Shown here in pieces: positions 37,001 to 47,420 of a stretch of DNA of 64,000 nt; positions within the stretch are counted from its first letter, which is position 1; every line of letters starts with the position of its first letter. The stretch covers positions 54,438,001 to 54,502,000 of the forward strand of contig NC_087437.1 in the NCBI RefSeq assembly GCF_036321535.1, in the 5' to 3' direction. This DNA comes from Camelus dromedarius (lineage: Eukaryota). The notes beneath the pieces were generated by a model. That model was given only the letters and a program-made list of their open reading frames with translations. It had not been told where the DNA came from and made no database searches. A program made the translations under genes and the position numbers.

Positions 37001-37059
<59 letters not shown>

Positions 37060-37330
37060 GTGAGTGTGTGGTGGTGGTGATGGTGGAGGGTTGGAGGTGC
37101 AGTCTATAGTTGGAAAAGCTGATCATAAAACCAGGGAGGGGCAGCTAAGGTGTTTGGCCTTAATGTGGTTGATATCGTGGAACCTTTATATGTTTCAGAG
37201 TATTAAGAGTGGGGCGTGCTATGCTTTGGGAAGATGAATTTGGTCAACAGGTTGAAAGTTGTATCAAACCGAAGAACCGGGGGAGTGTTGGAGAACATTA
37301 AGTCTATGAGCCTAATCGAATGGATAAAGA
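36620..37330 (-). mobile_element. L2 fragment
   Basis: Tail actcactcactcact followed by a degraded L2-like body. Confidence 0.5.
37002..37057. repeat. (TG)28 microsatellite
   Basis: Perfect dinucleotide run read directly. Confidence 0.97.
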
Positions 37331-38239
37331 CACAGCCCAGAGAGGAGGTGACTTGCCATGAACTTGTACAGCAACTTTAGGACAAGGGAAGGACTCCCAA
37401 CCTGCTTCTCCTTTGCCTCCCCACGCCCTCCCTGCCTCTCCTTCCAGGTGGCCAGACTCCACTGACTCCTCCTCTCTCTTCCCAAGGGTCTGCTTCCATC
37501 CAGGTCTCATCTCTTAAGGACGTTATCTGACTTTACTTAAGTGCCCAGTCATACACCTTCTGCATCTTTCTCTGCCTTTCACCAGGAAGAAGAAGACCAA
37601 GAAGAATAAGAAGGGGGAAAAAAAAAACAACCCACAACAGCGAATGCCTACAGTGGTGAAGGCAGGCAGTCTGTTAAAGATTCAGAGGCAAATTATACCC
37701 TCAGTGCAGTAGCTGAGAAGTAGCAGAGTAGGGACAGGGTGCAGGGAGTGGGGATTCAGAGTGAAGGGAGTGCTCTGTAGGGGCAATGCATCCATCAGAG
37801 GTGGTGGTAGGCATAAAAAGTCCTCTCGGAGGAGGTGATATTGAAGGGGAGTCTGAAGAAGCTGGGTAAGGGTTGCCAGGTGTATGGAGAAGAAAGAGGT
37901 CTCCCCAGAGAAAGAAGAACCTGTATAAAGGCAGATAAGCAGGGACAATTAGGGTGTCTGGGAAACCACGAGTCCTTCAACTGTCTGGAGGGCTGAGGAC
38001 TGGCAGACCTGAGGCTGAAGGGCTACCCGCACCACACTAAGAAGTCTGGCCTGATGGATTTTGAGCTGGCAAGAGGCCACATCAGGTTGGTATTTACCTT
38101 CTATCTTCAATGCCCCCGTTCTTATTATTTCTCCAGCAGCCTCTTCATAGCTTTCCCTCTGGGTCAGCTGTGGCAGATTATGAGTTCTGCACGTTGGAAT
38201 GTTCAGACTGAGACCAGATGGTCACTCAGCAGCGGGGGA

Positions 38240-38440
38240 GCGAAGAGCCAGGCTGTCTGGGCTCAGAGGTGGGGGTCTCGGCTTACCCATGGAATAGCTC
38301 TGTGTTCAGAGCAGGCCATGTAACCTCCCTGGGCTTTACTTTCCTCTTGGGCAAAATAGAGAAAATAATGCCAACCTCAGAAGGGTTTTGTGAGGGTTAA
38401 ATGAAATGCGGATGAAAAATCCTTGCAATGTTGTCGGTCA
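38240..38440 (+). mobile_element. MIR SINE
   Basis: gcaggccatgtaacctccctgggctttactttcctcttgggcaaaatagagaaaataatgccaacctcagaagggttttgtgagggttaaatgaaat. Confidence 0.75.
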
Positions 38441-41091
38441 CGTGTAAGCAAAGAGGAAGAACTGACATGAACTTACACAGAGGCCTCTGGGTAAGAGCCT
38501 GTCATGGATGCAAGGAAACTGTGGGACCACAGGCTCGCCTTGTTCAGTCTTGCGTGCCATCACTGGACCAAAGAGATGACACCTGTAGGCTATTACGCCA
38601 CATGTATTCAATCCTCCAGTCACATGCCCTCTGCCCCACCCAAAATTCTGTTTCTTTCAGTCTGTGAATTGGTAAACCTGTATTTTTCTAGCATTGAGTC
38701 TGCACGTTTATACAGCCTTCCTTTCCTTCCCAAGTCCCTGCACGCAGCAGGTTTTAATAGGGTTGTTGAGAAAAGTGAGAATACAAAAGAAACCAGTACA
38801 GCAAATGCGAATGAGGCTTTTGATTTGGGTTTGCACTGATGACAAAACCGCATGTGGTTCGCCAAGCATCCAATTTACGACTTCGCCTCTTATGCTCCTG
38901 GTGAGTGGCCTCATGAGTGGAAATGATCTTTTGTGATTAACTTTATACAATGCTTGTGCTAACACCATGCCCACCTGAGCAATTCATAAATATTTCAGGA
39001 GGAGAGACACAGTGATCTTCCTCAACACACTCATACAACAGTTTCAACATAATTAGGAGCATTTCTGGATCTAACACAGCACTCTTACAATGTGTATGAT
39101 GAAGGAAATGAATGACTCTAATTATACCTTATTAAATCTTATTAATCCTCATTAGAACCCTATTATTCTGTATAAGTGGGTTACTGGGGAAGAAAAAAAA
39201 AAAGCAATGTTGGTCAAGTCCCGTTATATCCGATGGGGACTGAGTGAATTCATTCTTACTTTGTGTGATATCAGGATTTTTTCCTATTAAAGAGCAGACT
39301 CAGAATGTGGGTTTGCTGAAATGCTGAGGACAGAGTAAGTGAATTGTGGTGTAATAGAATTTGATCTTTTTAAAGCCCCAGAACAGAATCTCTTTAGGAG
39401 CTGATATTTCCCATTTCCAGCTGTATTAGTCGCACAGAGAAAAATATTTCATTATTGCATGGAATAGATACTCTTGGCTTTATCTCTCTGCTATTTTCAT
39501 ATTTTTGTCTGAGTAGATGAGACATTGAGAACAAGAGAGACTGAGTAATTTGGATCCAGGAGCGTGTGAATGAAATCAAAGACCTTGCAACAAAGAAATG
39601 CCTGATAAATGGTTAAGGGCAAAAATAAGTGTTTCTGCATGTTTCTTTAACTCATGGTCAAAGAAATCCCACCAAATGCCTAAAGAACCAAGTTTTGGAG
39701 GTTTCATGAATTGGTAATTCAGAGTGTAGTCTCAACATTCATTGATGGGAATTAGGAGATAAGAGTCTCCTTGTTAGGTGGAAAAAAATCATGAGATTAG
39801 TCAGGTGACCTGATGGGAGAAGGTGGGTTCAGGTGCTTGCTCTGTTGCTTATTTTGTGTTGGGCAAGTCATTTTCCCCGAGTTTTTTCCTCAAATGTAAA
39901 CGGAGGGCTACAATTTGTCCTAACAAGATCTAATGAACCAGTGAGAAAGTGCTTTTGTGATGCACTGAGGTGAAGAATGATAGTTTAGACATCAGTAGGA
40001 CAGAAATACAAGGAAATGGAGTCCCCAGCCTTTGGAATGCCTTCCAGGCAATGGCTGCTGCACCTTATAACCCCTTGACATAGTAAACGGTGGATCTCCT
40101 GGTTGCTCACATTTACAAATGTCCGAGGGAAAAAAATCCGAATCAGACCTTCCATGAACAGGCTTGCCTTTATTCAAACCAGTTCACCCAGTTTGCAGAT
40201 TTTTTTTTTTTTTTGAAGTTATAAGCAGAGTAAGCTTTCTGGGCTTCCGGAAAGGACGGTGAGGTAAACGTTAAACTCCGGGGTTCGTTTATTTGAGCAC
40301 CGGACAGAGGAAGTTGCCTTGAAGCAACTGACCGGCATGGCTATTCAGGACTCCCTGGCAATACGAACTTTCCAGAAACTGACTCCGTCCGGCGCCAAGG
40401 GAAGTTCAGAAACTCTTCCCAGGGTGGTCCGCGTTGCCCGCTGACGCTAGCTTGACTCACTGCTCGGTGGGAAAGAGGGAGTCAGGACCCTGCCTGGCGG
40501 CGGGAACACAGCTGGGAGGCTGAGCGTCCGGGTCCCGCGCCTGGATCTGTGGCGTGCATGACCTTGTACAAGTCATTTCTCTTCCGAGAGCTTCAGTTTT
40601 CCCATGTGTGAAGTGGACAGGTTGGAAGTTGGTCTTGGCCAGGTCTGACATCAAGTACGTTCGAGGCTTGCTGGGAATCAGGGGCGGGGCTCCCCAGCAA
40701 GATCTCGGAAGGGGATTCCATGGCAGGAGCTCGTCTGCTCGCCCTAATCTTCCGCCCTAACAGTGGATGCAGGTTCCCCCGTTTCTTCCGCAGCCCCTCG
40801 CCCTGGCCGCTTCCTCCTTCTGCGTCTCCTTCCTCTTCCTCCAGTACAGGCAAAGCCTCCACGCCTCCCTTTCCCTTCCTCCCTGGCGAGTTCCCCGCGT
40901 ACCCGCGTCTCCTCCTCTTCCTCCCAGGAAATCAACTGCCTTCGGTGCGCCCACCTTGGGGCAGGGGCGAGGCCACGGCCCGGGCCGGGCGCCCCCTCCC
41001 CTGGCGGCGAGCGCGGCGGCCCCGCGGGCACCCGCCTTCCCATACCTTACATGGACAAATGCGTGCAGGCAAAGTCAGGAATTCAGGCCCC

Positions 41092-41099
41092 TGACGTCA
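41092..41099. promoter_or_regulatory. Full palindromic CRE (TGACGTCA)
   Basis: cTGACGTCAg inside the CpG island, about 200 bp upstream of the first splice donor. Confidence 0.65.
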
Positions 41100-41224
41100 G
41101 CCTCCAGCTCTCAGGGCACCGCACGGGAGACCGAGGGGAGGGGGTGGGGACGGTGGGGAGGAAGGAGGGGGAAAGGCACCAACCAGCAGCCACTCCAGCC
41201 CTGCCGAAGTTTCACTTTTTGTCT

Positions 41225-41304
41225 GTGGGTTCGCTCCCGGGCCCTGCGCGAGCTTTCCCGGGATAAGTAGCTTTAGCGAGCGGGGGAGAGCCGGCCGCTG
41301 CAAG
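41225..41304 (+). other. Putative non-coding first exon 1a (5' end uncertain)
   Basis: Strong donor CAAG|GTAAGG at 41304|41305 inside the CpG island; no ATG in the preceding 80 nt. Confidence 0.5.
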
Positions 41305-41409
41305 GTAAGGGCTGGCTGCGCGGCTCAGGGCGCGGGGCTCGGGGCGCGGTGCGGGGCGCAGGGCCGGGCCTGGCCGGGGCTGGGGACAATGGGAGGGGGA
41401 GTGCCCGGG

Positions 41410-41485
41410 CACCTCCTCCTGCGCCGCTGCCTCCGCCTCCAGCCGCCGCCGCTGCCGCTGCTGCCCCGGCCGCCTCCTCCCCGAG
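41410..41485 (+). other. Putative first exon 1b with GCC/GCT repeat (5' end uncertain)
   Basis: 5'-UTR-like gccgccgccgctgccgctgctgcc tract ending at donor CGAG|GTATTG (41485|41486). Confidence 0.5.
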
Positions 41486-41859
41486 GTATTGTTGCAAATT
41501 CTCCTTCCTTCCCCTCACCCTCCGCCCGCGGGCGCCTCGGGAACCCCCAGCCCTCCCCGGGCGCGAGCGCCTCCGGGGAGGCAGGAGCGCGGGGTGCGGG
41601 GCGCCGAGTGCGCGCTCGGCTCGGGCCGCAGGGCCCGCGGTGCGGAAGTGCCGGCCGCGGCGCGATCACGGGGTGCACGCATGGGGGAGGGGGACCCCGA
41701 ATTTTTCGGGAAGCGTCAACTAGGGGCCGGGCGGCGTTGTAACTCTTCGCTGCGCGCCCCCTGCCCCTGCTTTTCTGGGCTCCCAGGGGGCGGGGCCACA
41801 CCCAGCCGCGTAGAGCTTTCGCGGAATCCCAGTTGTCACAGAGGAAGGGGCCTAGGAAC

Positions 41860-42320
41860 CTAGCCCTCAAGTTCCCCCATTTTCCAGTTGGGGCAACTGA
41901 GGTCCAGAGAGAAGAAGAGCCTCCCCCGAAGTCACTCACTAGTGGTCGAGCCGTAATTAAACTAGATGGCTTCCGACTCCTAGTTCCTTTCCTCCAAGCA
42001 TTTCTGAGCACCCTCAGTATGCCGGGCTCAGTGCTGGGTTGTGAGGTCAGAGAGACGGTCAGGGCCCAGACCCTGCCTTCAGGGAGCGTTCAGTCTACCG
42101 AGGAGCCAAACCTGACCCCAGATAGAAAGTGCTAAGTGCTGGGGAAAACGCATGGATAAAGTTTTAAGGGGCTCAGGGAAAGCAGCTTGATTTCCTGGTC
42201 CCTGAGGAGGGATCAGAGGCTTTTGCAGGAGAGGGGCGTTTCCTGAAGCCAGCCAGCGGGGAGCCAGGCCCTTTGCTGGAGGGGGAACTGCAGAGCAAGC
42301 AAGACTAGATAAAGGTGGAG
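41860..42320 (-). mobile_element. MIR followed by an L2 3' end, bordering the CpG island
   Basis: cccatttttccagttggggcaactgaggtccagaga (MIR); caagcatttctgagcaccctcagtatgccgggctcagtgctggg (L2). Confidence 0.7.
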
Positions 42321-45207
42321 AATGGAGGTGAAACTGTTTCTGTACTGGGGACATGGGAGGGGGGCGTGGGGTACATGAGATGAGATACAGTGGAATTGTG
42401 CCTGAGCACTTGGACAGAGGAATGTTTTGGGGACTTTGGGGTCCTGGGGAGCTGAAAGATCTCTGGTTTCCCTTCCCAGGGATCCACCGCCTTCTCTCCC
42501 TCAAGACAGAATGCAAAAATTTGGGTTCATGTTTGAGCTTCTTTTCGAGTACCAGACTTAACTTTGCATCCAGTCCCCTCTCTTTCCGCCTCCTCCCCCT
42601 TTTTCTAAATTGCTTGCTTCCTAATAAAACTCTTTCTCACTAAGGTGTTAGTGACTTAATGGCTTACATCCCCCTGCTCCACTGCATTTTAAGAATGTCT
42701 TTATGTGGAAGGAGGGAAAACAGCTAACATCCTCCCCTCTCCCTATCCTCACCCTCCCTGCTTTTACACGTAGGGAAACAAAATTAATGTCTCAGAGAAG
42801 GTGGGTGCTGGTTCTAAGGCCTGCCGTGAATACTGGTGGATGGTGGGAGGCTGCAACTCCAATAGGGTTCTCTCTACACCATGACAGGCCTTCTTTCAGG
42901 GTCCCTGCCTGCACCAGGCTCAGTTAAAAGAAGTATATCTTGCATTTAATCTGGGCAGGACCCCAACCCCAACAGCCAGGCTTTTACAGTTTAGAATGTG
43001 GACTCTAGATGGGAGATGATTAGTTGGGGTTAGCTGTCTGAATGGTAGGGGTACAGGCCTGGGGCCTTCTGGTCAGGCAGCCCCACAGAGTTCTCCTTGT
43101 AAGCAGTGGTGGGTGGGCCTAGAGCTGGCTTTGAGGATTGGCAGAGGCAGGAGAAACTGAGCTTTTGGACTGGTTACTATGGTTGGGACTGAGTAGGACC
43201 CTTCTTGGAGTGACATATTCCAGTGGTCATTGCTCTAGGGGAGGTGGACAGTCAGTTTCAGGCAGTGCTTGGTGGGAGAGGAAACTTCGTTACGAAGGTC
43301 CTTAAAAATGCCAGGCGTGGATATGACATGAAGTCTTTGTTTGAGGGTTTTGAGCAGGCCAGGACATGAGTGAGGTGGGGGGAACTGGCACTGGGAAGCC
43401 TTCTGCTGTGGGTTTCAGTGAGAGAGGCAATAATTTCAGTAAGAGGACCTAAGAGTATTGTCAATGGGTGTTTGCCTATGTACTCCACGTATGTTAATGA
43501 CTGAGTATCTATTATGTGCCATTGGCAAATATGAACATTTTACGGCAGGTTCCTGCATTTTATTGAGACAAATTAATTGTAATTCATCAGCAAATTTTCA
43601 CATTTTAATATCACCGAAATTGGGTTGTTTGGTAATCACAGATGTGTCATGGTTGAGCAGTTTTTCATTCTAACTTGATAATGGTATACCTTACAGTTGA
43701 TAGTTTAGGATTGATAAAATTTGTTAATCATACCCTTTATGAATGTACAGTGCTTTGCACTTTATAAAAGCTTCTCATCTGATATTCCATTTGGATCTCA
43801 AAAATCCCCTGAGAATTGGGCCTGGTGACACTGTCATCTCATCTTAACTCTTGTGCGAGGTCACACAGCTAATTAGAGATGTGCTCAAAATTATGGAACT
43901 CTGGCTCTAGGTGTTAACATGTGACATCACTCTGCTGGGGAACTAGCACAGGTTGATTGGGAACCACGAAGATTCGATTTGATTTCACAACTATGGCTGA
44001 AGATGCTGGAATGATGATGGGTTTAGGCCAAGGGCAAGAGTGTAACTCATGAGGCCTGGGAAGCCCCCAGAGCCCAGAGATTTGCTGCATTAAATAGAAA
44101 ATGGGCAGGGAGATAGAAGCCAGGTACCATAGGAAAACCAGAGGCCGGAGCACACTACTATATTCCACACAGAAAGGAGTGGAACAGCGCATGAAGCACA
44201 TGAGTTCTGAAGCCAGTCTGCTGTGGACCAGGAACTGGCTGGCCCTGGGGGTACAAAGATGAGGAGGACTCGGTCCCTGTTCTTGAGGAGCACGTGGGTC
44301 TGTGTGTGTGTCTGTGTGCTGTTCTAGGCATGTGTTTTGGCTGCACTGAGGAGGGTTAACTTCTGGGAAGCTTCCAGAGGGAGGAGTGTCCTTAGAGAGT
44401 CTTTAGGGCTGAATAGGAGTCGCCCAAGTGGAAGAAGGTCAAGTCAGAGAAGAACCTGCCAGGCACATGCAGGCACGTGTAGGGAAGAAGGGTGGTTGTT
44501 GAGGCTGGCTTTTGAATGGCCAGTGTGCAGTGGTGGTGGGAAACAGAGAAAAGGGAGATTTAAATAGATTTAAGTAGATTCAAATTTATCTTGCTGGCTC
44601 TAGGGGACATTAAAGGGATCTCTCGAGATTTGCATGAAAACCAGGCTGAGCAAGGGCTCTGGAACCATCAGTGGGATCAGGTACTGGGATGATAATGCAG
44701 GACAAAGAGCAACTCATTTAGTAACTGGTTGAGTGAAGCTGAGACTTTGACCCTGGGCAGTAATTAGGTGTCCTAGCTCAGCGATTGCACTGGTGGGTGG
44801 GGATTTTTCCTGGAATGTGGCATTGGAAGGCTGCCCCTAGCTGGAAGAGACCGAGCTGAGGAAGGGGGAGGTACGTTGTGTTGCATGGGGGGAGCTCCCA
44901 TCTGGGTGGATTTCCGTGGGCTTGAAGGTATGTGTGAGGCAGAGGTGGGGAAGGGAAGAAGGAATGGAAGCGTGCCGTGGGAGTCCACTCTAGATGGCTT
45001 GTATGCCAGGAGGAAGTGGCAGTATGTTCCTAATGCAAGTCACAGAAATGAGAAAGGACACTGGTGTATGGATGAGGACCTCACCTCTCCTGACTTTCTA
45101 CAAATAGAGTGGGTGAGTGGCCGGGGGGTTAATGGGATTCATGCTTGGAAGCAGGTAAACCACAGAACTGAGGCTAGAAAATATTTATCTTTCTTTCCTT
45201 CTTTCTT

Positions 45208-45234
45208 AATAATAATAATAATAATAATAATAAT
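45208..45234. repeat. (AAT)9 microsatellite at a MIR tail
   Basis: Perfect repeat; followed by MIR-like ctcattttgcagatgagaaaatgag. Confidence 0.92.
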
Positions 45235-46789
45235 TTTGACACCATGCACTTATATAATTCTCTTACTGATTCATTCAAGTAGGTTTTGTGATTATCAGTC
45301 TCATTTTGCAGATGAGAAAATGAGTTTCGTTAAATAAGGTTGCACACCTATTAAATGAAATGGCTGAGTTTCGAACCTTTGCCTGATCTGTAGTCTATCG
45401 TTCTTTTCTGGGCTCACAGAACGAAAAGTGCAAATCAACACTGTCTTTCAGTGTTCTTCCTTGGAATTTAATTCAGTGCACCTTGACTGGGTCCCAGCGG
45501 GATCATAGTCAAGTCAAGGGTTTACATGGGCGAGCAGGCTTCTCAGTTCCTTACTGCTGTTGCCCTGACCCCTTCTCTCTTGAGATGCTACCATTCCCTC
45601 TACCCTTTGGGTGTCTTCTGTCTGCATAGGTAACTGGAGAGAACAGAGCTTTTCTAGCAAAATTCTGCCCCGTTGCCCCAGCATTGCCACCTCCCCAGTC
45701 TACTGGAGTGATAAGGATTTGATGTACCCCATATAGAGGCAGTTGAGGGAAGTGATGGAGGGTCTAGATCTCAGTCATTGCCCTTGATCTATGGCTCCTG
45801 GGACAAAATTCTCTGGAGTTGAGCCCAGTAGCTCCTGTTGGGTTCTGCTCATCCCTTGGTCAGGCAGACCCCTTCCTCTAAGAAGGCTTTCTGGTTCAGG
45901 ACTCTGAGGGATCAACTCAGGTCCTTCCTGTGACTACCCACCTCAGGTGGGTCATTGGCATTTCCATGACTCACAGATAAAACGTTGTCAGTGAAAGGAG
46001 ACAGACCCTAGGAATGGCACCCAGCAAAGCAAATAAGGCCTTGGCTTTCTCTTCTTTGAATCTCTCTCTTCTCTGATGATCTGAAGGTGTTCAGTGAGTG
46101 CCAGTTAAATGAACGTGCAAGGTCTACTGCTGCAGTTGTAAGCTCAGATCACCACTTAACCATATATATTTGCTAGACTTTGTCTGTCCCCCACTTAAGC
46201 TTCACGAGGATGGCAAGGATACCTACTTTGTTAATGGCCACATTCCCAGGACCTGGAGGAGTGCCTGGCACATGATAGGCATTCTGGAAATATTTGTTAG
46301 GTGAAGAAAGGGACTGACTTAGTTTACTGCAACCGCAAGATAGTGATGATGGGGGAGAGAAACTTTTTACTGACCCAGAAACTTCGGCCTGTGGGGTCCC
46401 AGGACTGGATTGAGACCCTCCTATGCTGTGTAGCTGCCACAGGTGGTGCTGGGCAGTCCCACCCTCAGAGTCTAGCGTAGGCGACAGGAGTGTAGACTGA
46501 GTGTGTAAGCTAGCTATGCCAAGAGTAACTGTAGTTGAAACTACTTTCCCCTTTCCCTCACAGCCTGGTGGTCGTGTTGTCCTTGAACATTCCTCTGCTT
46601 TCTTGTCCATGCCTTTGCTTATGCTGTTTTCTCTACCTGGAGCTCCAAACATCTCTGCCTGTGGTATACCTATGACTTTTTTTTGAGTTCAAGGCCAAAA
46701 CACATGTTGTGCCATGAAAGCAATCTCAGGCTTCTGGCCCTCTTCTAACCCACATACGAGTGTGTGATCACACATGCCTCAGGCTCTTG

Positions 46790-47420
46790 TATTCAGCTCA
46801 GCACATCATTTTAGGTCCTGAGTGATTACCACATGCTGGACAGAAATGCTGGAAACTCATCTTTCAAGGACAGCTAAGGCTGTGTCTTCAAGGATCTTCA
46901 TTCCAGCATTGGAGAGAGACTGAAATAGAACATGGGAAAGCTCTACTAGAGTGGTGAACAAAGAGCTAACGGGAGCACCTAAGAAAGGAGTGACTAACCA
47001 ACCACCTGGAAGGATAGGCAGAAATGCTTATGGAGAAGACATTGGGTTGGGTTTTGAAGAGTGAGTAGGAGTTCGTATATATGGTGGACAGAAGTAGAAG
47101 AGCTTTCTAGGCAGAGAGACCTTCATATATGCACAGGCCTGAGGCTCAAGAGTGTTTAGTGGGGCTGTTTGGGAATCACTGAGAAAGATGGGGCTGGCAG
47201 GGATTAGATGGTCAGGGGCTGGCAGGAGGAGCTAGGGATGATGGCAGTGGTGGTGGGAGTTGGGGCAGGAGGGCTTTGGTTACTTTTTGAGCAAAGGAGG
47301 GTGTCGTTGGATCTGTGTTTCACAGAACTCCAGTGGCAGAGTGATAGCAGGTCAAGGCCAGAGGCAGGGACCCGGCTTAGGAGGCTGCTGAAGTGTTCCA
47401 GGGCAGGAAATACTGGGCCT
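46790..47420 (-). mobile_element. L2 fragment
   Basis: gggttttgaagagtgagtaggagtt...tttctaggcagagagac...aggccagaggcagggacccggcttaggaggctgctg. Confidence 0.65.

Larger units (their letters stand above)
40330..41850. promoter_or_regulatory. CpG island promoter of an unidentified, probably plus-strand gene
   Basis: Abrupt rise in GC and CpG density, densest at about 40750-41830. GC boxes GGGGCGGGGC at 40681-40690 and 41787-41796; CRE at 41092-41099; two plus-strand splice donors. Confidence 0.92.

Noticed and set aside
40554..42135. Many overlapping 65-228 aa ORFs on both strands
   Set aside because: Low-complexity P/G/R/A-rich ORFs are expected in stop-poor CpG island DNA; no recognisable domain.
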